Origin: Acidimicrobiales bacterium
GTDB taxonomy: Bacteria; Actinomycetota; Acidimicrobiia; Acidimicrobiales; MedAcidi-G1
Length of the DNA stretch: 64,000 bases
Assembly (NCBI GenBank): GCA_029242745.1
Contig: JAQWTI010000034.1
Span: 24 to 64,023, forward strand
Direction of reading: 5' to 3'
Below are positions 36,433 to 46,674 of the stretch, in pieces. Below the pieces are notes generated by a model that was not told where the DNA came from, ran no database searches, and saw only the letters and a list, made by a program, of their open reading frames with translations. Each line of letters starts with the position of its first letter. The stretch's first letter is position 1. The translations under genes and the position numbers were made by a program.

Positions 36433-36883
36433 AGAACCAGCAACCCTAGATCCGGGGGGGGACAGTCCGGGACGAACCCTGAGTCGCGGCCCGGCACGTA
36501 TTCTCTGGTTGCTAATCGGGTGCCTATCGCTTGTTGTCGGGGGCATCGGGGTGGTGGTTCCTGGCCTTCCCACCACGGTGTTTATGATTGTTGCGGCGTC
36601 TTGTTTCGCTCGCTCTGTTCCCCGCTTCGAACGGTGGATATTGGCCTTACCGGGTGTCGGACCTTTGGTCCGGGACTACCGGAGAGGCCTCGGGATGCCA
36701 AGGCGGGCTAAACGTGCAGCAGTGACAACAATCCTGGTGATGAGCGGTGTGAGCGCTGGCGTCCTAGTTAACTCACTAGTTGTTAGGGGAAGCATTGTTG
36801 TGGTGGCGATAGTGGGTGTTTGGTATCTAATCTGGCGCGTACCAACCCGACTAGCGGACCGTACCAACGCCCCTGATGAATGA
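36425..36883 (+). CDS. DUF454 (YbaN-like) inner-membrane protein
   Basis: GGIGVVVPGLPTTVFMIVAASCFARS motif characteristic of the YbaN family. Confidence 0.6.
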   Translation: MDKEPATLDPGGDSPGRTLSRGPARILWLLIGCLSLVVGGIGVVVPGLPTTVFMIVAASCFARSVPRFERWILALPGVGPLVRDYRRGLGMPRRAKRAAVTTILVMSGVSAGVLVNSLVVRGSIVVVAIVGVWYLIWRVPTRLADRTNAPDE

Positions 36884-37673
36884 AGTTTGTGCACACATCG
36901 ATGGGGAACCCATCGAGCTAATCGCAGGGGATCCATCGACATTTCCAAGTGATGCTGAACTGGCGCGTACCCTCGTCGCTACGCGAACCGAAGCGACCTT
37001 GCACACTCTGGGCAATAAAGCTTTTCCCCACGCAGGTGTCGTGTCCTATGCGGTAGGAGATGATGGTAAACCGATTATTCTTATCTCTGAACTAGACGAG
37101 CACGCTGTGAACGCTCGTAGGAATCGATGGGCTGTGCTGCTGGTCACCGCTGAGAGTTCAGACGGCGGGGGCCTACCTAAGCTGGCCCAAATTGCTCTCA
37201 GTGGTTGTGTGAAGGTGCTCGAAGAGCCGCACGAGGCGCGAACCTGTTATTTGGACTGCCATCCGGATTCTTACCGTTACGCCGACTGTAGTGACTTCAA
37301 TTTTTGGCAACTTAGTGTCGAACAATGTGACCTTACTAGCGAGCCTGGCCAAAGGACTGGGGTGCCAGCGGCGGCCTATGCGGCGGCGAGTGTTGATCCC
37401 ATACAGAGAGTTGCGGTCTCTATTTTGGAACACATGAACCAAGATCATTCAGATGCCAACCTCGCCTATGCACGTCATTTGGCGGGCCTCACTGAAGCGA
37501 TTGATGCTGAAATGATGGGGATTGATCGGTACGGAGTAACCCTCCGGACGAATTCTCTCGCAGGGGTGCGAATGGCTCGCGTGCCGTTCGGTGACGTCCT
37601 TTCAGATCCGGCTCAAGCGCGACCAGCAGTTATAGAACTACTTGAACGAGCCCGCAGTGTTGGCGCACCGTAG
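36876..37673 (+). CDS. PNPOx-fold / DUF2470 protein (HugZ-like family)
   Basis: N-terminal split-barrel-like region (ATLHTL...HAGVVSYAV) and a C-terminal DUF2470-like segment (ILEHMNQDHSDANLAYARHLAG). 8-nt overlap with the previous gene. Confidence 0.55.
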   Translation: MNEVCAHIDGEPIELIAGDPSTFPSDAELARTLVATRTEATLHTLGNKAFPHAGVVSYAVGDDGKPIILISELDEHAVNARRNRWAVLLVTAESSDGGGLPKLAQIALSGCVKVLEEPHEARTCYLDCHPDSYRYADCSDFNFWQLSVEQCDLTSEPGQRTGVPAAAYAAASVDPIQRVAVSILEHMNQDHSDANLAYARHLAGLTEAIDAEMMGIDRYGVTLRTNSLAGVRMARVPFGDVLSDPAQARPAVIELLERARSVGAP

Positions 37674-38575
37674 TGTCGGGTTGGTCAAAGGCTTTAATTG
37701 CGTCCTTGGATAAACGGGCTACCGTCATTTCCACCAAGTACGGACTGGTTCAGGTACCTAAAGAAGGTGCCGTACCCCAGGTGTCGAGCATTCATGGGTC
37801 TCCTGGCGGGTTTGATCAAGGCTTGTTGTGGGCTGAACACTTGCAAGCCGGTGGCTGTGAAATAATCGCGCCGTCGCGGCCAGGGTACCTTCGGACACCG
37901 CTGGACTCTGGTGAGAGCCCAGCCCAGCGAGCGGATCTATATGCGGCGATGCTAGATGTCCTCCTCATTGAGAAGGTGACAGTGCTCGGAATTTCGTCGG
38001 GTGGTCCTTCAGCGGTTCACTTTGCTGCCCGGCATCCAGATCGAACTGTCGCCCTACTTCTTGACGCGGCAGTTCTTTTGCCAATAACTCCGGACAACAA
38101 CTGGATTGAGAGAACAATAGTTGAGTCCAACGCAGGCACATGGGCCTCGTGTCAGATAGCTAAGCGGTGGCCGAAACTGTCGACTGCGTTACTTGTAGAC
38201 GCCCTCTCAAGTGGCCTAACCAGAACTAGCAGAAAGGCTGCGGTTGATTGGATCACCTCCCATCCAGCCCGGCTGAAAAGCGCTGCAGGTCTGACAAGCT
38301 CCCTTGCTCCACGAAAGTTTCGACACTCAGGACACAAGAATGACGAAGGCAATGAGATCAACCTTGACCCCCTCCCGTTTGCGGATATCAAAGCACCAAC
38401 TCTCATAAGCCAAGGCGCTAATGATGCATTCCCCCTTATTGAGCATGCGGTAAGCGCTCTTGGCCAGATAGTTGGCGCGGAGTTCATACTTGTCGAAGAG
38501 GGACACCACGGGTTGCCCTGGTGCCGACGGTTTGCAGAAGTGGCGGAGCGCCAGATTTTCCTTACCCATAACTAG
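37673..38575 (+). CDS. alpha/beta-fold hydrolase
   Basis: GTG overlaps the previous TAG. Nucleophile elbow GISSGG. C-terminal EEGHHG region. Confidence 0.7.
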   Translation: MSGWSKALIASLDKRATVISTKYGLVQVPKEGAVPQVSSIHGSPGGFDQGLLWAEHLQAGGCEIIAPSRPGYLRTPLDSGESPAQRADLYAAMLDVLLIEKVTVLGISSGGPSAVHFAARHPDRTVALLLDAAVLLPITPDNNWIERTIVESNAGTWASCQIAKRWPKLSTALLVDALSSGLTRTSRKAAVDWITSHPARLKSAAGLTSSLAPRKFRHSGHKNDEGNEINLDPLPFADIKAPTLISQGANDAFPLIEHAVSALGQIVGAEFILVEEGHHGLPWCRRFAEVAERQIFLTHN

Positions 38576-38639
38576 ATTGCGGCGGGCGGGCCGCCGACCT
38601 GGTCCAGCTCAGGAACCAAGTTCTCGCGACAAGTTGAAA

Positions 38640-39695
38640 CTAAGTTTCTGCGATCAAGTCCAACATTTTCTTAGCTCCTTCGATGGTTTCGCTAAGGCCC
38701 TCAAACATGGACCCCCGTGCCACCGCAGCAAGGTTGAAACTGGCGCCATCAACACCCAGCGCCAAGAGAGTCTTAAGTTGCTCAGCGCACTGCTCAGGTG
38801 TTCCGGCAATTGCAAACTGTTGGGCGAGTTCGTTATCAATCAACCGCATGAGCTCGGGGGGGTCGTACCGATCTGTGTCGAAGTACCAGCCTGTCGCTTG
38901 CGCTAGAGCCGTCTCGATGGCATCTCTCAGGGAGCTATCAATTTTCGGGCCTTGTTCACCAAGAATCGATAAGTAGTGGGCGGCGTATCGCTTAACGCTG
39001 TGGATGGCTAAGTCCGCATCGGATGAAATGCACAAGGTGACACGCGGAAGAATCTCGAGGTTCCGGAGGTTCCGCCCAGTGCGGCTAGCCCCCAACGCCA
39101 GCCAGTCCCGGTATTCCTCGAGGAGTTCATGTGTAAGGTGGCGAGCTCCAATTAGCGCAACGTCGGCCAGCTCACCAGCGAGGCGCATGACTCCTGGACT
39201 TCGTGTACCGATTGCTACTGGAACGGGTTTATTGAGTTCGCGCAGCAACCGGCTGTTCTGAATGGATACGTACTCACCCTGAACGGTGGTGCTTTCTCCA
39301 CTCAATAGTTGACGGAAGGCTGTGATGGTCTCGCGTAGTGTTTGTACAGGTTTGTTGTAGGAGAAGCCCAGTTCTTCGAGGCCCGCTCCAACTCCAATGC
39401 CTAAAAAGGCTCGCCCTTCTGAGACCTCTTGCAACGTAGCGACGGCGCTTGCATGAACCGCAACATGTCGGGTGTACGGGTTCGTGACCATGGAGCCGAT
39501 TTGAATTGTCTCGGTCCTATCTGCGATAAGCGTTTGTATTTGGTATGTATCAGGCCATAACGCCACACAGGAAACTCCAATCCGATGGAAGCCAGCGGCC
39601 TCTACCTGTACGCCAAGGTCAACCGCATCAAGCGGGCTCATTCCTGGCGTAATCTCCGCTTCGAAGACGGGCCCGCTGGTGAGGTCATGAAGCAT
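38640..39695 (-). CDS. LLM-class (luciferase-like) flavin/F420-dependent oxidoreductase
   Basis: TIM-barrel LLM pattern (GFHRIGVS..., FLGIGVGAG..., GTPEQCAEQLKTL). Confidence 0.75.
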   Translation of the reverse strand: MLHDLTSGPVFEAEITPGMSPLDAVDLGVQVEAAGFHRIGVSCVALWPDTYQIQTLIADRTETIQIGSMVTNPYTRHVAVHASAVATLQEVSEGRAFLGIGVGAGLEELGFSYNKPVQTLRETITAFRQLLSGESTTVQGEYVSIQNSRLLRELNKPVPVAIGTRSPGVMRLAGELADVALIGARHLTHELLEEYRDWLALGASRTGRNLRNLEILPRVTLCISSDADLAIHSVKRYAAHYLSILGEQGPKIDSSLRDAIETALAQATGWYFDTDRYDPPELMRLIDNELAQQFAIAGTPEQCAEQLKTLLALGVDGASFNLAAVARGSMFEGLSETIEGAKKMLDLIAET

Positions 39696-39832
39696 TGTGT
39701 GAAGTTCGTAACCTTCGGTTAGTCGCTGTGATCGAAAAGCCGGATGTAGGACTTTCCGTAAAGTTACTGGTCTAAGTATCGTTATTAAGTGGTCATCTTT
39801 ACGGTTAAAAATAGTTGCGTTGGAGATGGAGT

Positions 39833-41392
39833 ATGAATATTGGTCAAATTTCGGCCAAGTGGGCGCGCCAGACCCCGAATAGCGAGGCGATTTTCGATTC
39901 CACCACTGGCCGACGGATCAACTTTGCGGATCTGGACAAGGAAGTTCGTCAGCTTGCGAATGGGCTTCTCGAATTAGGTCTAAAACCCGGAGACCGCGTT
40001 GGTGTCCTCAGCACAAACAGCATCGAGTACTGCGCCATCTTCTTCGCGTGTGGCCGTGTGGGATTAGTAGCACAGCCGATGAATTGGCGTTTGTCGGTAT
40101 CCGAGTTGGTGAAGATTGTGGCCAATGGTGAACCGAAAGTTGTTGTTACGCAAGGCCAGTATGCGGAGGTAACCGCAGAACTCTCGGATCTGGTCAACGG
40201 CGTGGACCACTGGCTCCAATACGGCGACGGTGGTGACGGAAGTTACGAGAGGCTGGTCAAAGCGGCGACCGACACAGAGCCTCGAGAGTCTGACGCCGTT
40301 GAAGACCACCACCCATTCCTGATCCTCTACACGGGAGGCACGACGGGTGATTCCAAAGGGGTGCTCCACAGCCACCGGAGCGTCGGTGCAATGATGCTCA
40401 ACCAGACAACGGCTGAACGCATAGTCCCTAGCGATGTATACCTCCTCACTGGTCAGATGTTTCACATCCCGATCGTCTTGGCGCTCAACTATTTAGGCCA
40501 CGGCTGCCCACTGGTGTTGATGAACTTCGATGCCCGATTGGCGCTGGATTTAATTCAGAAAGAGCGAGTCTCTGCCTTCCTGGGTGTGACCACAATGTTG
40601 AACTGGATGATGGCTCTACCCGACTTTGACACCTATGACCTGTCGAGCCTTCGGAATATTCAATACGGAGGTGGGCCAATGCCGTCACGTGTGATCGAAG
40701 AGGCAATGGCAAAATTTCCCTGCACGCTAATTCAGGGGTACGGGCAGACCGAGGGTGCAGGTATGACATTCCTGTCCCAAGAAGATCATCTGAGGGCTAT
40801 CAAGGATGGCTATCACCCGGAGCGGCTCAAGTCGTGTGGGCGTGAGGGATTGATCACGTCGGTACGTGTAGTCGATGACCGCGGTAGTGACGTACCTACT
40901 GACGGAGTTACCCCTGGACAGATCATTGTGAAGTCAGACACCAACATGATGGGCTACTTCAGGCGCCCTGATCTCACGGACGCAACAATTCGTGACGGCT
41001 GGATGTACACCGGCGACATCGCAACCATGGACAGTGAACGGTACGTGTACATCGTGGACCGAGCAAAGGACATGATTATCTCAGGCGGTGAAAATATCTA
41101 TTCGGTGCAGGTTGAAGATGCCATCGCTCAACATCCGGCTGTGCTTGAAACAGCGGTCATCGGTATCCCGGATGACGAGTGGGGTGAACGTGTAAAGGCG
41201 TACGTGGTTCTGAAGCCGGAGACCAACGTTACCGAAGAAGAAATAATTGAGACTGCCAAAACTCACCTCGCTTCTTACCAAAAGCCGCGACTGGTCGAGT
41301 TCATCGATGAGTTGCCGAAGGCGACGACGGGAAAGATACTCAAACGCCTGCTGCGGGATCCTTATTGGGCCGACAAGAGGCGGGACGTCTAA
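39833..41392 (+). CDS. AMP-dependent acyl-CoA synthetase/ligase
   Basis: ATG at 39833 with GGAG upstream. AMP motif YTGGTTGDSKGV, YGQTEG, TGDIA...VDRAKDMIISGGENIY, C-terminal GKILKR. Confidence 0.9.
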   Translation: MNIGQISAKWARQTPNSEAIFDSTTGRRINFADLDKEVRQLANGLLELGLKPGDRVGVLSTNSIEYCAIFFACGRVGLVAQPMNWRLSVSELVKIVANGEPKVVVTQGQYAEVTAELSDLVNGVDHWLQYGDGGDGSYERLVKAATDTEPRESDAVEDHHPFLILYTGGTTGDSKGVLHSHRSVGAMMLNQTTAERIVPSDVYLLTGQMFHIPIVLALNYLGHGCPLVLMNFDARLALDLIQKERVSAFLGVTTMLNWMMALPDFDTYDLSSLRNIQYGGGPMPSRVIEEAMAKFPCTLIQGYGQTEGAGMTFLSQEDHLRAIKDGYHPERLKSCGREGLITSVRVVDDRGSDVPTDGVTPGQIIVKSDTNMMGYFRRPDLTDATIRDGWMYTGDIATMDSERYVYIVDRAKDMIISGGENIYSVQVEDAIAQHPAVLETAVIGIPDDEWGERVKAYVVLKPETNVTEEEIIETAKTHLASYQKPRLVEFIDELPKATTGKILKRLLRDPYWADKRRDV

Positions 41393-41741
41393 TCCACTGA
41401 CTACGTCGAAGAAAAATGTGTTTCCCGGGTGTTGCCCGAACATGTTTGATTTGCTGGGGCCTTTGCCAAGTCGCCAAACCGCTGGACTCCATTTAACTGG
41501 GCATGCTTACCTGACTGAGAAGAAACCTTCCTCGCCCCCGGCTAAGGGGTTGTCCTACTTCTGTCCGTCTATTCGGAATCAGGTTTTGTGGTGGCGCGCC
41601 TTAGGTGGAGCAGAGTCGACAGGGGCGCCATCTAATCGCAACAAGGCAGCGTGTGGCTGGGGTGAAAGGAGTCTGACAGATTGCAAGTGGCTCTCGCGAA
41701 GCCGATGTTTCTGTGGGACGTTTTTATCACCAGAGGGCTGC

Positions 41742-42848
41742 TCATGGCATTTGTAGTTCCTCTTCGGCGGGATCACACGGATCCACGTCGTAGCGTTTGT
41801 CTGCGCGCCAGGGACCGGCCTCCCATCCTGGTTGAAGTGACAGACCAGCATCGCCCAGAATTGAGGTTGCGATAATTTGGGCGGCTATTCGGGCGCCCTC
41901 CCGGCAGATATGGACACCGTCGACCTTACGTATCGGAAACTTGTTTGGTGGGCGACCAATGTGGCTTACATAGCCACCAGCCGAGTCAGTAAATCCGGTA
42001 GTCAAGTCGATAATGGACGTACGGGAATGTGCGTCAACGGCGTCAAATAGGAGTTGGTTCAGTTTCTCAGGCCAACTTGAATGCGGTGATGGAAGCATTG
42101 TGAGCCAATAGACGTGAGCGCCGTCACCCGCTAGCACATCGGTGGCTATGTGAATCAGGGACATGAATGATTCCTCCCAGTCTGGGTCATCGGGTCGGGG
42201 GATGCGATCATCTCCCCCCCATACGTCGTCGACATCCCAGGTGCCTGTCTGCACAACTATGGCCTCAGGCCTTGCCGCAGCAATGAACTGGGGCCAGAGC
42301 TCCGCCCATGGGTAGACGGGCCACCGACTAAGGCCAAAGCCAACCTGTGTCCGGTTGGCGGCGACAGCGAGCCCCGTTTGTTCAAGGGCTGCGGTAAGCC
42401 CGGGCTCGATTTCGAAAGTGACGCTGTCTCCGATCAGCATCACTCGCAATGGTTCTCCGAGTGTTGGGCTGCGCAGCATCTGGTTGCTGATGGCAAGAGC
42501 GTCGTTCTGGTCCAATGGGCTCGTGGTTGAGGGTGTCGAAGATGCCGGAACTGGACTACTAGTAGAGGTAGTAGAGGTAGTAGAGGTAGTAGAGGTAGTA
42601 GAGGTAGTAGAGGTAGCGGCAGCAGCAGTGTTGGATGATTCTTCCAAGAGCTCGGACATAGCATCCAGTCGGCTCCTTAACTCCACGGACTCTTTTTGTA
42701 GGTTGTGGAGATCAGGGGGACTACCGCAACCGGCGCCAGTGATGACAAATAGGGCAATTGAAAAGGCACAGGGGAGTACTCGGCGATAGTCAGGGGAGCG
42801 ATGTGGCGGCCAGCCAGTCACACAATCGACGCTTCGACTCATTGTCAT
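41742..42848 (-). CDS. SGNH/GDSL-fold hydrolase lipoprotein with Thr/Ser-rich linker
   Basis: Lipobox ITGAGCGS, (TST)n linker, block I MLIGDSV, C-terminal DGVHICREG (block V-like). Confidence 0.65.
   Translation of the reverse strand: MTMSRSVDCVTGWPPHRSPDYRRVLPCAFSIALFVITGAGCGSPPDLHNLQKESVELRSRLDAMSELLEESSNTAAAATSTTSTTSTTSTTSTTSTSSPVPASSTPSTTSPLDQNDALAISNQMLRSPTLGEPLRVMLIGDSVTFEIEPGLTAALEQTGLAVAANRTQVGFGLSRWPVYPWAELWPQFIAAARPEAIVVQTGTWDVDDVWGGDDRIPRPDDPDWEESFMSLIHIATDVLAGDGAHVYWLTMLPSPHSSWPEKLNQLLFDAVDAHSRTSIIDLTTGFTDSAGGYVSHIGRPPNKFPIRKVDGVHICREGARIAAQIIATSILGDAGLSLQPGWEAGPWRADKRYDVDPCDPAEEELQMP
42561..42614. repeat. perfect 6 x 9-bp tandem repeat (agtagaggt) inside the SGNH lipoprotein gene
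   Basis: Counted directly. Encodes (TST)x6 on the minus strand, in frame. Confidence 0.95.
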
Positions 42849-42905
42849 GCCTTCTCTGTAGCTACAGCCAGCGTCATAGCGGAGGTGTCGGCTCTCTCAA
42901 TCAAA

Positions 42906-43739
42906 TTAGCCGAGAGCTATCAAAGCGACCGCAATGCTTGAAGCGGCCAGTCCGACTCCTTGGCACCACCAAAGTCTTTGGCCACGAAATAAGACCCCGA
43001 GTAGAACGGCAACTGCGGCATACTGCGAGGCCAGAATACTTACCACAGCGAGGCTGCCTCCCCGCAGGGCTAGGACGAAAACAATCACAGCGGCGATAGC
43101 GAAAAGGCCAGCCGCAAAGGCAACCAAGAAGTCTCGCCGTTTGGCCGGGAAGATTCGTGGCCCGGTGGAACGGGTAACCGCCATAGCAACTAGGAAGGCG
43201 AGGCCTCGCTGGACTAAGAGCGGTGATCCACCGGCGTCGTTGCTGATATAGCTCAACTGCACAAACATCACGCCGAAAACGAGGCCCGATAAAATCGCAA
43301 AGATTAGCCCTCCGCGATTGGACTCCGGCCCTCGACGCTCGTAGGACGTCATAGCGATGGCGATGACCCCCAGCACCAAGCCGATGGATGCAATAGTCGA
43401 AGGTGAGTTGCCCGAAACGAGTACGTCCCACAACACGGGCATACTCGACATGATTACGGCCGCAGTTGGTGCTGTGGAGCCAAGCGAAGCGCGCGAGTAG
43501 GCGAACAGCAGCAATAGAACACCCAGTCCGTTAGCTACACCGGCGAGTGCTCCGTGCAGCAAATCAGAGTTTGTCGGATGACCAGTCCAGAAAAGAGAGC
43601 TGGCCGCCATCACTATCAGTCCCGCAAACAGCACTGTGGAACTAACCTCGTTGGCGCGCGTTCGCTTAGTGACATTGGATGCGTAGAAGTCGCTCAGGCC
43701 AATGGAACACGTGGAGAGCAGCGCAAAAATAATGGACAC
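42906..43739 (-). CDS. EamA/DMT-family transporter
   Basis: 277 aa, about 10 hydrophobic helices. Confidence 0.65.
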   Translation of the reverse strand: MSIIFALLSTCSIGLSDFYASNVTKRTRANEVSSTVLFAGLIVMAASSLFWTGHPTNSDLLHGALAGVANGLGVLLLLFAYSRASLGSTAPTAAVIMSSMPVLWDVLVSGNSPSTIASIGLVLGVIAIAMTSYERRGPESNRGGLIFAILSGLVFGVMFVQLSYISNDAGGSPLLVQRGLAFLVAMAVTRSTGPRIFPAKRRDFLVAFAAGLFAIAAVIVFVLALRGGSLAVVSILASQYAAVAVLLGVLFRGQRLWWCQGVGLAASSIAVALIALG

Positions 43740-44190
43740 TAAACGAAAGTATGCACTTGGTCAGTTGTGTTGCGGTTCCCCAAATGTGGCTTCAGAGGGC
43801 TTCGACGGTCCACGGGAAAAAGCAAATGGGGGTTTCACTCTGTAGTCAGTTTGAGCATGGAGAACTTTCCAATGCGTCCGATCTCTCTGCCGTGCATCAA
43901 CCGATTCGAGGACAGTTGTTTCGAAAGGTGACCCAGCCTGTCTGTTGTTGTCGTGGGTTCATGACTGACAGTGGCGGTCAGGAGTTGGGGATTGGTGTGG
44001 GTGACGGTTGGTATGCTTGGGCGCGGGCCGCCAACGTGGCGGGGTTCGGCAGCGAAAAGACGTCGGCGTTCGTCGAGGTCTGATCACCCGCTACCGCAAA
44101 TAACAGGTGGTCATTCTGCGTTACGTGTCGGCGTAGTTGGCGGCTGGAACAGCAGTGAGCCTGATACTGAGAGTTTGGTAGGTAACAATC

Positions 44191-46467
44191 GTGGGACTAC
44201 TCGGATCGCCGGTTAGGCGGAGCGAAGACCGAGCGCTGCTAGTGGGTTCGGGCACGTACGTAGGTGACGTGGCGCCAGAAGGTGCTCTTCACGCAGTGTT
44301 TGTACGTTCCGTGATTCCGCACGGTGAGATCCAGACCGTTGACGCCGCAGAGGCTTCCTCACTCCCCGGAGTTGCTGCGGTATTCACTGCCAGCGACCTT
44401 GGTATCAAACCAGTTGCTCCGGCGCTACCAGGGCTCGACACAGCTATGACACGTACCGCACTGGCGACCGACCGAGTTCGGTTCGTCGGAGAACCGGTTG
44501 CCATTGTGCTCGCCGAGTCGATAGCTCTTGCCGCTGATGCGGCCGAACTTGTAGTCGTGGATGTGGAGCCCCTCCCGGCAGTAGTGGGGCTGGACACTGC
44601 TCGCACAGATGAGATATTGCTCCATCCAGCAGCCGGGACGAATCGCTGTTTCACACTGGGAGGTGAGCCCGACAACGATCTATTTAGTGATTGTGAGATT
44701 GTGGTAAGTCTTGAGTTCGACAACCCGCGTCTCAGTGGTGCGCCTCTTGAACCGCGGTGCGCTGTTTCTTCCTGGTCGGAATCTGACGCCGGCCTTCGGC
44801 TCACACAGTGGTCGTGCACCCAGTTTCCCCACCGGGCCCAGGAAGCCCTGGCTGTTGGGTGTGGAGTAACTGCAGAAGAAGTGCGCGTGATCACTCCGGA
44901 GGTTGGGGGCGGATTCGGTGCTAAAAACGGGGCCTACCCCGAAGACATTGTTGTCGCTCTGGCTGCGAGGAAGATCGGTCAGCCGGTCCGCTGGACTGAG
45001 ACCAGATCTGAGTCGATGCTCAACCTCGCTCATGGACGGGGCTTACGGCTTACGGCAACCCTCGGTGGGGATCGAGACGGAAAACTCTCCACCTACAAAC
45101 TTCACATGGACCAGGACGGTGGGGCCTATCCGGGGATCGGGGCTGTCTTACCTATGTTTGGACACATGATGGTTACTGGGTCCTACACCATCGAAAAAGT
45201 CGAGTTCACTGCGGCGTCGTACGTCACCAATACGGTCCCTATGGGTGCGTACCGAGGTGCCGGCCGGCCAGAGGCGACCCACGGAATCGAACGAATTGTC
45301 GATAGGTACGCCATGGAAATCGGCATGGACCCTGCGGAGCTGCGTCGCCGGAACTTCATTTCCCCTCAAGCCTTTCCGTATACAACGTTGTCCGGACAGG
45401 TCTACGACAGTGGGGCGTATGAAGATGCACTCGACGCAGTCCTCGGGGTCTTGGATATCGAACCTTTACGACAAGAACAATCCCGACGCCGAACGGGAGA
45501 CGGAAGAGAACCATTCCTGGGTATCGGCTACGCCGCATACGTGGAGATCACCAACCCCCTGAGGAACTCTGAGTTTGGTCGGGTGGCAATCCGCCCAGAT
45601 GGTTCAGCACTGGTCTTGACGGGTTCCTCAGCGCATGGTCAAGGACACCACACTACGTTTGCCCAACTTGCGGCGGATGCTCTGGGGATTCCGTTCGATC
45701 AGATTGAAGTGCGCCATGGTGACACCGACGAGGTACCGCGCGGGGGCGGGACCGGAGGCTCGAAGTCTGTTCAAGTCGGGGGATCTGCCGTCAATCGGGC
45801 CAGTGAGGCCGTCGTTGACGAAGGACGCCGTATTGCCGCCGACCTGTTGGAGGCAAACTTGGAAGACGTCATCGGGGACAAGGATGCTGGCGGATTCGTA
45901 GTAGTTGGGTCACCTTCGGTTCGGGTCGGATGGGCCACCGTGGCAGCCGAAGTGGAAAAGCGTGGTGGCGAATTGGCAGCTGAGGTGGATTTCCAGCCCT
46001 CGGGGGCGACCTTCCCATTTGGGGTTCACGCCAGTGTTGTCGAGGTCGATAGAGATACTGGCGGAGTCACCATCCTGCGTCACGTTGCCTGTGACGATGC
46101 CGGAGTAATCGTAAACCCAACCATTGTCGACGGACAGGTACACGGCGGTGTGGCTGGTGGCATTGCTCAAGCGCTCATGGAGGAGTTTCAGTACGCAGAT
46201 GACGGAACGCCCATGACGACCAACTTCATGGATTACGGCTTTATTTCCGCCGCAGAGTTGCCGTCGTTTGAGAGAGTAGAGCACGTCACACCTACTGACT
46301 TGAATCCCCTCGGCGTGAAGGGGATTGGCGAAGCTGGTACTATCGGCGCGACTCCCGCAGTTCAGAATGCAGTGGTCGACGCGATTGCTCACCTCGGAAT
46401 TGAACACATCGATATTCCCGTTACCTCTGAACGGGTCTGGCGTGTCATGAACGGCGCTACTTGTTGA
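44191..46467 (+). CDS. molybdopterin-binding large subunit of the xanthine dehydrogenase / aldehyde oxidase / CoxL family
   Basis: GTG start. N-terminal GSPVRRSEDRALLVGSGTYVGD hammerhead motif. 758 aa. GGGFG, AYRGAGRPE and C-terminal GIGEAGTIGATPAV motifs. Confidence 0.85.
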   Translation: MGLLGSPVRRSEDRALLVGSGTYVGDVAPEGALHAVFVRSVIPHGEIQTVDAAEASSLPGVAAVFTASDLGIKPVAPALPGLDTAMTRTALATDRVRFVGEPVAIVLAESIALAADAAELVVVDVEPLPAVVGLDTARTDEILLHPAAGTNRCFTLGGEPDNDLFSDCEIVVSLEFDNPRLSGAPLEPRCAVSSWSESDAGLRLTQWSCTQFPHRAQEALAVGCGVTAEEVRVITPEVGGGFGAKNGAYPEDIVVALAARKIGQPVRWTETRSESMLNLAHGRGLRLTATLGGDRDGKLSTYKLHMDQDGGAYPGIGAVLPMFGHMMVTGSYTIEKVEFTAASYVTNTVPMGAYRGAGRPEATHGIERIVDRYAMEIGMDPAELRRRNFISPQAFPYTTLSGQVYDSGAYEDALDAVLGVLDIEPLRQEQSRRRTGDGREPFLGIGYAAYVEITNPLRNSEFGRVAIRPDGSALVLTGSSAHGQGHHTTFAQLAADALGIPFDQIEVRHGDTDEVPRGGGTGGSKSVQVGGSAVNRASEAVVDEGRRIAADLLEANLEDVIGDKDAGGFVVVGSPSVRVGWATVAAEVEKRGGELAAEVDFQPSGATFPFGVHASVVEVDRDTGGVTILRHVACDDAGVIVNPTIVDGQVHGGVAGGIAQALMEEFQYADDGTPMTTNFMDYGFISAAELPSFERVEHVTPTDLNPLGVKGIGEAGTIGATPAVQNAVVDAIAHLGIEHIDIPVTSERVWRVMNGATC

Positions 46468-46674
46468 TCTGCAGAATGTGTTGTCGGTTATTGCATCAGC
46501 GACGCCGTCGACCATGAGCAAAGCCTCCGTACTTACAGCACGCGAAATCACTGGCTGTAGTAGTGATACCACCAGCAATGTTGTCCAGCTGGATAACCAA
46601 AGTGAGCGGATCGCAACTCCGGTTATCGAATTGCGACCACTCGCAGGACATGAATCGTCAGTTCCTGCAGGAAT

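Noticed and set aside
38581-38600. The GC-rich mini-hairpin (GCGGC...GCCGC) between the convergent hydrolase and LLM genes, as a bidirectional terminator.
   Set aside because: Only a 5-6 bp stem. Cannot be distinguished from chance in GC-rich DNA.
42561-42614. A short perfect direct-repeat array as a CRISPR.
   Set aside because: The 9-bp units are contiguous with no spacers, lie in frame inside a CDS, and no cas genes are present.
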